Shown piece by piece: positions 44,700 through 58,439 of a stretch of 64,000 nt of DNA (position 1 is its first letter; every line of letters begins with the position of its first letter). A program made the position numbers and the translations under genes. The stretch is from Eledone cirrhosa (Eukaryota). The notes below the pieces were generated by a model. It saw only the letters and a program-made list of their open reading frames with translations, did no database searches and had not been told where the DNA came from. Location of the stretch: the NCBI GenBank assembly GCA_964016885.1, contig OZ024742.1, positions 271,436,001 through 271,500,000 of the forward strand, given 5' to 3'.

Positions 44700-47302
44700 A
44701 TTATATATTCTGACACATTGGCTCAGAAAACGTTTCTAACAACAACATAAACTGCACCAGTAACAACGTGAGAATGATTGACGACAGCATCAACAACAAG
44801 AAACAGCGTAAAGACAAATTAAAAGAACAAAGACAACCACGGCAACACCACCAACAACAATGTGACCATCAACAGCACTAGCAAAAGCAAGACAAACACA
44901 TGGAAAATCTGTTTCTCTGCTGCATCTGCAAAAACAAGGCTATGCTTTATCATAGAGCTCAGTGAAAAAGTTAACAAGTGTTTCGTCTGCGAAGAAAACG
45001 ACGCATTTTTTATCCTTTTGCCCTCAGCTGAAAATTGCAGCAAGCCGGAAGACTTCGTTGCTATCGACACGCGTCCGGGGCCCACCTCCGCCAAAACCAA
45101 CGCCTGTAAAACTACTAGCAGCAACATTAGTGGAAGCACCACCATCAATGAGGACCACCCTATGGGAAAGTAAGGAAGGATCCCCCCCCCCCCCCCAACC
45201 GACTGACTCCCACCTAAAAAAAATTACACACATTGACACAAACTCAAACACATTTGCAGACACTGACACCTTGTCTTCCAGTAGCGAATATGAGGCAAAA
45301 ACCAACAAATCAAAAATGAAATGAAAAAATGAAAGACACAAAAAAGAATCCATCAAACACACACACCTACAGCAGAAAATGCAGACACCACATTAAAAAA
45401 AAACACTTCCACATAGAACACAAGTACAAAATAATGTACACACCTTCGTGTTAGTAAGAAGGGTCAACAAGGATTTGTTGGCCATTATAGCACGACGACA
45501 AGAACAGAAAAAAAGGAGGGGGGGTCTTCGTCACCAGCACATTTCGTGTAACGGGGGATTAATGATGGTACGTATGTCGCTTGAAACGTACACAGGGATT
45601 GCGGGGAACGTTCATCGGGACGTGGGAATCCCGAATATAAACACCAGATCAAGTGCACTCCTCCAATTAAAGAGTTCGAATGGTGAGTACTGCGAAAGGG
45701 CAATAAATTGAGTTGAGATTCAGTTTGAGCTGGTCAGCTGCACGAGGCGCAAGTCACCCAGTTTGGATGGTCAGCCCTAAGAGTTTTATATATATATACC
45801 AGACTTGTTCTTCGATGTCCTCGAAGCGGTCGACTGCAACTGCCTGAGAACGGGAGTATTCCCGGTTGTGTAAGCCACGGCGTACTGACGCTGAAATGTA
45901 ACTGTTCACCAAGATGTTAGCGAAGTGGTCGAGGATAGGTTAAGAGAGGTACAAACTTGCCCAATCCCGACCAAGTCCATAGACAACAACCTCCACATCA
46001 TGCGGTATATTATTGGGAGTGTAGGGTGGAAACCTGGCTTTGGTGTGGCTCTGATCAATTTAGATCAATCGAAAGCTTTCGATAGGGTCGACCATCCATA
46101 TCTGGAAGTAGTCCTCCAGACAGCTGGCTTCGGGCCTGTCTTCAGAAGGTGGGTCGATGCAATGCAGAGCGGCATCTGCCAGGTCGTCAAATTAGTGGCG
46201 AACTGAACATGATCTCCCGATCGATGCGTCAACAGTGCCTTCTCTCCTCACTTCTGTATGTAGTGATTCTAGAGCCTTTACTGCAGAGACTGGAGCTGTT
46301 GCAGGGCTCCCATCGAATTGGGAAGTCGAAAGGTTGTGTTCTCATATGTGGACGACATCACCGTGATGGTGTCGAACACATAAGAAATCGAGATGGTCGG
46401 CACCTTCTCGGAGAAATGTAAATATTTCAAGGGATCAAAACTAATTCAGAAAATTCTGTGGGCTTGCAACTGGATAACTGTGGTAGCAAGTCCGAGCAGT
46501 AGAACAGCTTCATGAGACGATGCAGAGAGGGCCCGGGGATTTTAATTAGCGTCTGTTTCGGTCCAGACCTCTAGGTGGATAAGAACTGCAGCGAAGATCA
46601 TAAAAAGGTCACAAATCTCACCCAGAAATAGGTGGAGAGAATGCTGTCCCTAAAATGTCGGGTGGGGGTGGCCTTCTTAACTGATGAACAGCTGTATCAA
46701 CGTATTACTGACTTGTGAAGTAAAATCGAACATATTTCGATGATCCTTCTATTAACAAAGTCTACAATGAAGATCGCCACGCCACTTTGTTTTGACAGGG
46801 AAGAGCAGGCATTATTCCTCTGCCTGGTGGCCGTAGGGAAAGAGGTTGTGAAGTGGAAAAGTTGATTGGTCTTCAGCTAATCCCTTGTGAATTTTTCAAG
46901 ATTAATTTGGAAAGGAAGACGGAGGACTTTTGAGATGTGCTGTACACATCAGTACATTTTCCAAAAGGTGGGTGAATATGGGGAGAATTACCCTTGTGAA
47001 TGGACATTCTCGGTATGCGACTGTATACAGATTGAATTCATGAGAAGAAGTGTGACCTTCCCATGTGCTCTCGGAGCGTGGTGTGTTTCAGTATTGTTGG
47101 TGTGCGTGAGTAACCCGTGTTGTTCTCCCTCTATTAGGAAATTTATATTGTTATAATATTCATATTTGGTGTAATGTATATGTTTATGTTAATTACTCGA
47201 TATTTTGTAAAATCTATCTATCCCTGCCTTTTGTATGTTTCTCTATATTTAAGCTCATGTGGCCAATAAAAAATTGTTGTGATTATTATTATTATTATTA
47301 TT
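44700..47302 (+). mobile_element. Degenerate, internally deleted Tx1-like LINE (ORF1 zinc knuckle + ORF2 remnants)
   Basis: KCFVCEE..SFCP; SIDNNLHIMRY..LINLDQSKAFDRVDHPYL; homologous to 30763-33455. AATAAA at ~47265, then (ATT)n. Confidence 0.8.
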
Positions 47303-48433
47303 GTGGAAGTATACACATCACCGGAAAGTTTGCTCCCGTACGTTTGTGATTTTTTTAACAGTTTTTATTGAGAACTCATTGTAAAAATTTATATTGTTTT
47401 GTGTATAAACATACTCCGATTCTCTTGAGGTGGTCGGAATTAATTGGTATTTAGCCCTTCGGGGCTAAATTCCTATTAGAACTTTGCATTTCACATATTC
47501 GCCAACAAAAAATGAGAAAAGTGGCGTCTCTCAAGAGATCTGTTTCTCTACCTTGCTTTCATTCGAAACTGCTTTCTTTACCAAGCTGTCAGCGTGGAGT
47601 CTCGCTTTCCTTTCCGGCTTCTTCATTACCACATAGTGTAAATCAGGCAAAGGCCGTTTCATTTTCTTTTTCATCAAACGGCGGTCTAGAGCGGCTGCTG
47701 CTGATGCATTTGACAGCATCAACGGCAACAAAGGAGGTAGCAGCAGCAGCGGCAACAGTAACAACAATACCAGTAGTAGCAGTAGCCACAGTATCAGCAA
47801 CACCAACAACACCAGCAACAGCGTCAAGAACAAAACCAAATGCAACATCGACAACACCACCAACAACCACAACAGCCATTACAACAAAGGAAAACATTAT
47901 TTCGCTGCCGCAGTATCACCTCAAATGTTCAATATCCAAATTATATATAGGCTCTAGCCTATTTTCACCTCGAAGCTCGTTCAGCTGCCTAGTATTTTAA
48001 ATGGCCATTGAGACGTCTGTCATGTGTTCACAGAGCAAAAAGGAATGTTTTGTTTCATAAAGAGAAATTGTGTTTCTTTTGTAGCGAGACTCACATGTGT
48101 ATTTTACCTAAAAATACCGTGTATATTTACCTACATACCCATTTTATGCAGAATGTTTTTGGTACTACTGGCAGTTAATTATAACCAGCTGAGTTCCCTC
48201 TATATGCAAACGTGTATTTCCAGCCTGTGTTTTCTTACTTGCTATATGCAAATGAGTATTTCTGCAAATTTTCAAAACATCAAATCTATAAACGCCCTAG
48301 TCTAAATTAATTCATTTCATTATTGCTTGAGTGAAAAAAAACCTAACATATCTTAATAATGAACATGTTTTATTACCTATTATAGGGACGCTTTCATATA
48401 TTTATTGTTCAACTTTTTGACACACCATTTATC

Positions 48434-48516
<83 letters not shown>

Positions 48517-49613
48517 TTATAAACAGAGGGAGACATTTAGAGATTGGGCCGAGATGAGAAGGAGAGGTCGGTAGCGGTAGATTTGTGTTATACATGTTTC
48601 TCTATATTACTCCATATTCTATTTTATGCGAGCATAAAAACATACCTCCACGTGATAATTATATTTTTTTCCATATCAACTATTCATGATACATGCACTT
48701 ACACAGGCATCTTATAATTTATACAAGAACAATTTAGCAGAAATAATGTTATCTCAATTCCAGTATGGTAGCTATTTCTTATTGATCTCGGTGCTAGAAT
48801 GTTGATGCAAACAAGATGGCGTTAGCTGAATGCTAACAATTTTCTTCACAATGTTTGACACTTTGATTTGTTGCACTTGTCTTTCTCTAAGCGCCTAGTT
48901 TTACCAGATACCTATTTAATTTCTCATTCGATTATTTTTTTCTGGCATTAAAAAATATATTTATATTTTCTTGTTTCTACCCTAATACAATAACTGCGTT
49001 AGAGAGAGAAATTGTTTTTCCCTCCCACCCGAAAGCATCGATTTAAAGTAGACAAAAGCTGAATCAGAAAATTAATCATTGCTTTTCTTTGATTTACTCT
49101 GACATCTGTCAGTCTTTTATAAAGAAATGTTTTGTTTAACTTTTGTGTATTTTTTTAATTTTATAATACATCATTTTTTAACTCTTATTTCTTATTTGTA
49201 TTTTCAAAAGTTTTTTCCACATTTTGTTTACTTACAAAGAAGATTTTTTTTTATATATTTCAATTCAGTTGGTTTTATTTTCTTATGTTTCTTTTTGATC
49301 TATGTTAGAAACAATACAAGATTCATTGGCTACATTAACAAGTGAGTCTATATATATATTTGAGTGTGTTTCCATATGTCTTTGTACGTGAGAAAACTAT
49401 TAAGAATACACATTATCCTTTCAAACATACACACTCATTGACACATATACTACGTACACATAACATCATATACATTCGGCTGTTATAGATTCCATATCTA
49501 GAAAGAAAGAAGCTTTTACCTCAATGGATGCACAGTCACAGAGAAATGCGTTCATCTATCTAACTTAAATTGTATCACTCTATCTATCAATCAATATATA
49601 TATATATATAGGT

Positions 49614-49677
<64 letters not shown>

Positions 49678-49746
49678 TTATCTAATAAACAACAGAACGT
49701 AACAGCTCTGTAGCCTACATAGAGCACTCTCTTTTACTACGGAAAC

Positions 49747-49793
<47 letters not shown>

Positions 49794-49835
49794 ATATTAA
49801 ATAAATGGAAACTATATTTATAAAACCATATTTAT

Positions 49836-49890
49836 TCTATTATATATATTTCAAGGGTACCAACACTTTGGTACGCCCTCATCAGATAAA
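49836..49890 (-). ncRNA. Type I hammerhead ribozyme (canonical core; family F)
   Basis: UUUAU-CUGAUGA-GGGcGUACCA-aagugu-UGGUACCCUu-GAAA-uauaua-UA/AUAGA. Confidence 0.8.
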
Positions 49891-50217
49891 ATACAAAGTT
49901 TGTTTTATAAATATTGACATAACCAGGAAGAAGACCTTAACGGTTCAAGTTTTTCCTGGATAGTAAAGGCGAGAAGGGAAAGAGAAAAATGTTAAATATT
50001 TCAAATTATTAAGATTAGTATGCAAATGCGGTTGAGGTATTGGGCTTACAAAAACATTACTTTTAGACGCTAGGTAGATTTAAGTAATTATTAGGATATA
50101 TGTATGCATGTATAGGAAGAAGAAAGAGAAAGAAAGAAGAGCTTGTATTTACGTTAATTTTAAATTAATTAACAAATTGTAGGAATGGTGGAATATGATT
50201 CCAGAATTTAAAAAAAA

Positions 50218-50910
50218 AATTTTATTCAATTCAATTCAATATATTTGGCAGAAAATAAAACATACATGCTTCAGATGCCATGCAAGGAGGGGAGAGGGGC
50301 AACATTTACACAGTCGGAAACACAGTGACCAACACCGGTCCAATTTCGCCTTGAATTGTTGCGGGGTTGGTGCGTTGACTACTTCTTCTGGAAGCCGATT
50401 CCAGGGTCCAGAGATGCAGATCGAGAAAGCAGCTTTCCGTCTATTTAGTTGAAAGCGGCGGTGAAACAGCTTTTTATCATGTCCACATAGACCCCTTTCA
50501 CGTGCCGGAGTGAATAGGAGATCTTGAGGGAGATCGTAATGGCCATTGAATAGATTGTAAGCCAAAATAAGATCGCCTCGTAGCCGTCGACGCTTCATTG
50601 TTTGCGGTTTGAATGCAATATTTTGATGGTTTGATGGACCAGTCGACCAGCAGACCAAGATCTTTAGTCTCCTCAACCTCCTTCAAATGAGCAGAGCCAC
50701 CGTTGAAGGTAAGATCTGAGTTATCATTTTTACCCCCTGCCATATGGCAACACTTATCGACGTTGAGGTATACATCCCAATCAATGGACCAACTCCAGGC
50801 GCGCTGGAGGCTGAACTTCTCGCTCCTACGGGTTACCATTTTCACATCATCTGCAAATACGAGCACGTTTCCACCACTCACGTCCGGCATGTCGTTGATG
50901 TATAGAAGGA
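50218..50910 (-). mobile_element. CR1-group LINE 3' fragment inserted in the PLE F 3' UTR
   Basis: FADDVK, LNVDKC, KDLG, RRLRGDLI, GH.KKL..RRKAAFS..WNRLPEEVV..FKAKLD; (TTGAA)n-like tail. Confidence 0.85.
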
Positions 50911-53266
50911 AGAGTTACAATATTTTATATATAATCAATTAGATTATATGAAGTATTATGGTTGTAAGTACATTTATCTTATTACATTACAATAGGTTGT
51001 CAGTATATAGATTAAAAATTCTGCAAGTATAAGTATTATTTGTGATTTTATAGAAATAAACCACACGTATTAATTGTTTACATTTCTCATATGTGTTACG
51101 AAGGGTGTTCATTTTACATTTTACATATTTAAGAAAAATACGTAGTTCAAGTTGTAAGAGGAGAAAAATGTGTAGATTCAAATATTTTGTTCCGACATTG
51201 AAATATTTTCAGAATATTGTTAATTTAGCAAAGTTATAAAGTTTATCATACAAGTTATCATGTGTATGTTTGCTCAATTGTAAAGGAAAAGATAACTCAA
51301 ACTTTATTTGCTAACCATTAAATTTGATGAATGATTTACTCAGAAAGTATATATAGAAAATTATATATTATTTCGGGTGAGATTATTTTTTTCAAGGTTG
51401 AGAATTTCAATTACATATTATTTACGTCGAAAGATGTGTGAAAAGTTTGAAGATTAAAAAGAGGAAAACAGTATTATGCATTTCGAAGAACTATCGTAAA
51501 GAGGATATCTTTCAGAAAGTCCATTAAAGATTATCAATCTACATCTAAAAAATAGCTTAAGAAGAGTATCATTGGGAAAAGAATATCGAATGGTAAAAAT
51601 GCTAAATTTAAGAAGGAAGATCATTTTTAAAAATGTTTAATTTTTAAAGAAATACTCAATAAATAATAGGAACATTTTAAAGGTGTATAAGATATAGTTA
51701 AGTGTAATGAATATCATAGATTAAAAATACTTCTGAAAGTGGAATGTTGGCGATGTCTGCAACTAGAAAATAGTTCTGCTTTCAAATTAATAGAGCTTTG
51801 ACAGTTAATTATAAAAAAAATGTCCTCGATACACAAATGACAGATTCTTGAGAAAGCCATATTTCGGTATGCAGGTGCTTTCGAAATCGTTCCCCAAGAT
51901 ATTGAGTAGTCTATATTGTTGTCCTTTAAATTCCAAATTAAATGTGAAACTGTAGTGGAAGATTTTTTATCGGACCTATTAAATGTATGTTTGTGGTTGT
52001 ACCAGCGTCCTTCGAATTTTGTAGAAGTGACATCTATGTAGTTAAATATTTTGTCTCTAGTTTTAATTGTGAATTTATAAATTACGTCTTTGTCTAAGCA
52101 ATTATTTTGTAAAGGGCAGTTTTATTTAATTCTACAGTTACATTCTCTGGAGTTGTTATTAGGAACGGTACTATTATTATTAATATTGTTGTTAGAAATA
52201 TTATTACTTCTATCTTGGTTTGTTTGGTTAGGGGGTTTAAATTTAAGTTTCTATTATTAATTCTATTTATATTGTGTGCTATGTTCATAATAGTAGAGTA
52301 GGGTAGTTTTATATTGTGTCTGTTAAAAATAGAGTATCTGTGGGCTTTAAGAAAACACTTATCTAGTGCTTTAAAAAAATAGCTTTGCTAAAGGTGTTTT
52401 AACGCGTAATCAGTATGGTAGAGAGTACAAATAATATTTCTAGTTCTAGCTTTTATGTTTGGTTTACTATTTAAGTTGAATTGTTTATTGTTATTATAAT
52501 TAATTCTAGGATGATTTTTCATGTTATTGTTATCTAAGTATTTAATTTTATTCGAGTATCCTGCTCTATGTAAAGCCACATTTTAATATTCTGCCTTATC
52601 GTCAAAAATATTTTTATTAGCAGAGATGCGTGAAATCCATTGTTGGACGCTATTGACAATAGTGTTTTTTAATATTTCTAGGGTGATTAGAATTGAAACT
52701 TACGTAATTTAGATTTTCGTTAATCGTATGGAATGGATAGTAAAGACCTGATCTATCGTTTAAGGTTACATCTAAGAAGTTACCGATTTTGTAATCGTTC
52801 TCAATTTCTAAATTAAGGTTGTAGTTGTTGAAATATTGTATTATGGATTTCTTTTTCCTATTTAGTTCACTATCGCTATGATTTTCAATTAAAAGTAACA
52901 AATCGTCGCGATATAAACCTCCGGTCATCTCTGGCATTTTCTATGCAGTACATTATTAATAAATAATCCCACGATGTCTGTTACTTTCACCAAGTCAGAC
53001 GATTCCATAGTGATATCAACATTGTTTTTTCTGTCGGCTCTTGTCCAGAAATGATTATTAAATTCTATTAGGGTTTTACGTGTTGTTACAATGATATTCA
53101 TTTCTTCACCAGGTAGGTTTGTATGTTTAGAAGCGTAGATAAATGCCTTATTATGTAAGCTAAGTGTAATAGAGGAGTAGCAATTAGCAATATCCATTTG
53201 AATGATTTTTTTCTTATGTTTTAATGTTATGTTTTTAAACCAATCTAATACTTCATATCCCTTTTG

Positions 53267-53379
<113 letters not shown>

Positions 53380-54074
53380 TTTTAGTGGTTCACCAGTGTA
53401 TAGAACTGATCATTCCATTTAGTTAACCCCGATGTAATAGTAGCAAAAACAAACAAATATTCTACGTCAGGCTACTCATCTATCATTGATGATGATTCGG
53501 CGGTTGGTCCAGGAACGGAAATACATATTGGTTTAATTAAAATAAAAGGAGGTCGGACTGGAGTTGATCCTTTAAAGTTTTATTTAAAAACAAAAAAACA
53601 TTATATGTATTTCCATGTTCTGGTTAAATAGGATCCTGACGACATGATCAGGTTCGGATTGTATAAATACTTAATTAAGAGAAATATTGCGTGACCAGGT
53701 CATTGAAATATATATAACATTTTTACTATAATAAAAATGTAAAAGAATATCACCAGTCCGGCCTCATGATATCATGTTATTTCAATCTTACACACTCACA
53801 CACGTATAGCTCCCCCCCCCCCCCACACACACACACATACACACACGCACACACATATATACATATAATATATATTAGGAAAATAAGAAAATAAGTAGAA
53901 AATGCTAATGGGAATTTCTATAGAATAACAGCAATATATATATTTTTAAAGTAGTTTATCGTACCGGTTTCAGCCAATAGTTGTTTCGGCTTCTTCATGT
54001 TACAGGAAATATGACAAAAAGTATATAATAAAAGTAAGGTGTATATTAATTAGAAGAGGGTATTAGAGATCATA

Positions 54075-54113
<39 letters not shown>

Positions 54114-54117
<4 letters not shown>

Positions 54118-54430
54118 AAAGAATAGAGGTGTAACACACAAGTTATGATATACTCTTTTACTCTTTTACCTTTTTCAGCCATCCGGCTGAGGCCATGCTG
54201 AGGCACCGCCCTTGATATATTGGTAAACGGAAAAGAAAATGCTGACAAATTGTTCACAGTGAAAAATAGTTTAATTAGTAATAAGTGAGAATTAGTAATA
54301 GTATTGGTTAGTATTCAGTTTTGGTTTTAAGTTTTACCGGTTGCGCTTTAATAATGCTTTTCAAAAATAATTTTGAGATAGAGCGTCCGTGATGTTTGCT
54401 CAGATTAGAGCAAACATCACGTACGCTCTA
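54114..54430 (-). mobile_element. Family C PLE terminus nested in TA within element D, ending in a small hairpin
   Basis: Matches 9066-9215 and 40618-40815; hairpin tagagcgtccgtgatgtttgctc..gagcaaacatcacgtacgctcta at ~54379-54430. Confidence 0.75.
54153..54212 (-). mobile_element. 60-bp 5'-truncated retroposon 3' end with 7-bp TSD
   Basis: TGATATA flanks it on both sides (54146-54152, 54213-54219); (GTAAAAGA)n-type tail; absent from the other family C termini. Confidence 0.7.
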
Positions 54431-56515
54431 TGACCTGAAATTAAGACCTATAAGAGCGACTTCCTTGATACCCTATTTTAAACACATTAAAAGCCACATA
54501 AGAGACGACCTTGCTAGGCTCAACAATCTCCCAAAAGCACTAAATTATGAACAAACCCTACTAATGTATTTTGATGTTGTCAACCTAAATTTCAATATCC
54601 CACACAACCTAGGAATAGAGACAATCCAATTCTGACCTGAAACGATTAACTCTCACGCCGTATCTTAGGACAATTCGTAATAGAAGGGCTCAAATTTATC
54701 TTGGACAGTGATGGGCGTGGAAACAGCCTCTTCTTATACTAACATAGTCATGGCGTATCTGGAAATCAAATTCTACCATAAAGTACTAGAAAAATACGAA
54801 AACTCATTCTATCTACACATAAAAAGAATTGCAAGGGATATCTAGTTGATTGTCCCATCCTTTGGCATGTAAGTATAGAGAGATTTGAAGAATTTAAGGC
54901 ACTTCTAAATGGACTTAACACAAACATTCAATTTACGATGAAATAAAGCTATCGGCAACTGCCTTTCCTCGACATCCTTAATAAGAAAACTAACAACAAA
55001 ATAGAAACAGACATATATTATAAGCCCACTGAATCCAAGCAATATCTTCCATTCAACTCATGCCACCTGAAACACGCTAAAATATATATCACTACAACCT
55101 AGCCAAAATAATTTGTACAATAATATCTGATAGAAGCACCTTTTAAACACTAGTACTAGAACTAAAGGACACACTCATCGGCAGAACTTACCCAGCATCT
55201 CCACACACAACATTCTAAACAGTGAGGCCTTCGACACCGTCCTTCATAATATCCCTTTACTAAAAAGGGTTCATACAATGAACCAAATATTTCAAACGCA
55301 CAACATAATTAAGACAATCGAAGTCAATGAAAAATATCCTAACACAGGACAAAATCCAGTCGACCACAATAACGAAACCAACAGTTAGAATTTCTGAAGA
55401 CCCAACTGTGGTATATGCGTCAAACTAATAGAGGGATCAGAGTTCTACTCCAAACAGGGGCAACGCTTTATGGGGAAAAACAATTTCACATGCGTATCAG
55501 AAAACCTGATATATGTATTCATTTCCTCAGGCTGTCGAGAGCAGTACATAGGACAAACTAAAACAGTCTTCGTCAGCGTATCACCGTTCATAGATCCCGA
55601 ATTAAAAGACGGGAATACAGAAAAATAGCACTGAGTGAACATATTGACACCTGCCCCTCTAATGAACAACCCAACTTCAGAAGTTGACACTATATAAATT
55701 TAAACCCAACGCTACCCACATTCAACGAATTAGCAAAGAATCATGCTTTATCACTAAATAAGAATCCCGTTTAAATGCGCCCACTACAGACGAAACTGCA
55801 ACAAGTACCCAACAATAACTCCAATGGACAAATTAAGAACGATAGTATTTCCTACAGAAATATTAAGAAAGATAGATATTTTTAGAAATAATCACTACTT
55901 CAGGTCAATTTTAGGTCACTCTACCATCAAGCTTCTATTACAGCTACTACTAATAATACTATTACAACAACACTTCTACGTCGTCTCTTTCTGCTTTTCC
56001 TTCTCCTCCTTCGTCTTTTCGTTCTCCTTTACTATAGCCCTGTTATTATTAACACTCTTCCTCATCCTACCCTCATCCTCATTCCCCTCATTCTCATTCA
56101 CCCCATCCTTCTTCTTCTTCTTCTTCTACTACAATTGTAGTCAACAACTAGACAGACTATAACAGGGAACAAACCAACTTCTAATCCAGCTAATACAACT
56201 ACCAAGCCACCAAGGAGGAGAGAGAGAGATAAAGAGATAAACGTAAATGTGAACTTTATATATATATATATGTAAACTAAGATCTCTAATACCCTCTTCT
56301 AATTACTAAACACCTTAATTGTGTTATATACTTTTTATCACATTTCCCGTAGCATGAAACCGAAAAAACTATAACCGGTACGATAAATTAATTCTCAAAA
56401 AAATATTTTAGTGTTGTTCTATGAGAAACTCCCATTAGCATTTTCTAATTTTTTCTTATTTTCCTAATATATATCAACTCGTGTGTCACTTCTCAACATT
56501 ATGTATATATCAAAT

Positions 56516-56828
56516 AGGGCGGTGGATTGGCAGTATCGGTAGAGGGTCAGACGCCATGCTTTCCAGCATAGTTACGTCCCTTTACGATCTGAGTTCAAAT
56601 CCCGCCGAGGTTAACTTTGCCTTTCATCCTTACGGGGTCGATAAAATTAAAGTACCAGTAATGTACTGGGTAATTTCTGGCCTTGTGCCTAAAGTAGAAA
56701 CAATTATGTATATATCAAATCCCGCCGAGGTTAACTTTGCCTTTCATCCTTACGGGGTCGATAAAATAAAGTACCAGTAATGCACTGGAGTAATTGCTGG
56801 CCTTGTGCCAAAAGTAGAAACAATTATG
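56516..56828 (+). mobile_element. tRNA-derived SINE with tandem duplication of its 3' part
   Basis: A-box-like TGGCAGTATCGG and B box; tcaaatcccgccgagg..gtagaaacaattatg is present twice (~56595-56710, ~56715-56828). Confidence 0.85.
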
Positions 56829-56860
<32 letters not shown>

Positions 56861-56868
56861 CATGTATA

Positions 56869-56921
<53 letters not shown>

Positions 56922-57922
56922 ATATATAAAATATATATATATATAGAAAGAGAGAGAGAGAGGGAGAGAGGGAGAGAGATGCGGAGAGAGAGGAGAGAGA
57001 GGGGGAGGGAAAGAGAGAGACAGAGATTGATTGATAGATATATAGATAGGTATATAGATATATGTGCATGTATGCATGTGCGTTTGTATGTTTGTACATT
57101 CGCTATGACATACGTGCTTGAGATACAATTTGACACCTTTTTTTTTATGTATATCAGACACCTCTCTTTCTTTTCCTCTCAATTTCATTTGCATCGTAAA
57201 ATTGTTTTTCAACTCAATGTACATGTCGTTTAAGATTGCATATAGATATATACATGGGTGTGAGAGTGTCGGTGTGGTGGTGGTGGTGGTTGGGGGGGGG
57301 GGGGGGGGGGATTGTATTAGTATATTTCCCTTAAACATTAGAATCTGAAGACATATCAATCGTACATTGACATTTAATGCATTTCTTGCGTTTAAAATTA
57401 ACATCACTTGATATCGTGCCTTCATATACTCTATATTAATAATGTTTTCCTACCTCTCTCTGAAGTATATTTGTAAGTCTTTCTTCATTTCAGTTTTTCA
57501 TTAACATTTAAACAAATATATTTGAGTGCATCATTTATCATAAATATTTTTAATTTTCCTAATTTTCCTGCGAAAACAGAAAAACGGTATAAAAATAATC
57601 AAGTCGTATTAGTTATTGGCATCTTACTAATTTAGTAGCTAACATTTGCCACGGGTTCTATCAACGTTGTGGAAATGAAATGGTTTGAACTTCAATCAAA
57701 TACCTACCAAGCAAATAAGATTGCAAGTAGCTAGTTATAAGTTTCTCAGATCGCATCCAATATATCGTACATCAATATTTATAAGGTACGTTAGAGCAGT
57801 AATTATTTTTTTAAAATACAAATATCTAAATAAAAAGAAAACAACATAGTAAGATGTTTCGTGCACACGCGCAGAATTATGTTTCTCTCTCGCTCTGTAT
57901 TTCTACCCCTCTATCTCTCTCT

Positions 57923-58017
<95 letters not shown>

Positions 58018-58031
58018 AATTTATATCTATA

Positions 58032-58148
<117 letters not shown>

Positions 58149-58155
58149 ATATATG

Positions 58156-58205
<50 letters not shown>

Positions 58206-58207
58206 AG

Positions 58208-58246
<39 letters not shown>

Positions 58247-58261
58247 GTATATGTATATATG

Positions 58262-58333
<72 letters not shown>

Positions 58334-58343
58334 AACGAGTAGG

Positions 58344-58439
58344 ACCCGGACGGCTGAGCTCAAGCCGTTTCGACGGCTAATTCTGGACTAAATGAAAATT
58401 TTTATCCTGGTATATGAATAGCCGAGCTTCTCAGGGGGT
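58344..58439 (-). ncRNA. Variant type I hammerhead (family H; inverted copy 62042-62137 +)
   Basis: ACCCC-CUGAGAAG-cu-CGGCUAUUC..GAAUUAGCCG-uc-GAAAC-GGCUugagcucAGCC-GUC/(C/G)GGGU. The core is non-canonical. Confidence 0.6.

Larger units (their letters stand above)
53876..56505 (+). mobile_element. Fold-back PLE (family D, Neptune-like) with degenerate RT + GIY-YIG (~54430-55790)
   Basis: Inverted arms ~53876-54080 / ~56272-56467 plus tail. Body reads YFDVVNL..NIPHNLG, YLVD, QFTM, LPFLDI, YYKPTES.QYL..SCH, CGIC, FTCVSENLIY..GCREQYIGQT. HHR-like remnant at ~53960-54000 (minus). Confidence 0.8.

Noticed and set aside
47512-48000. 162-aa ATG-initiated ORF as a possible host exon
   Set aside because: Largely (A/G)CA-triplet low-complexity sequence with no recognisable domain or supporting exons. 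It cannot be excluded without RNA-seq.
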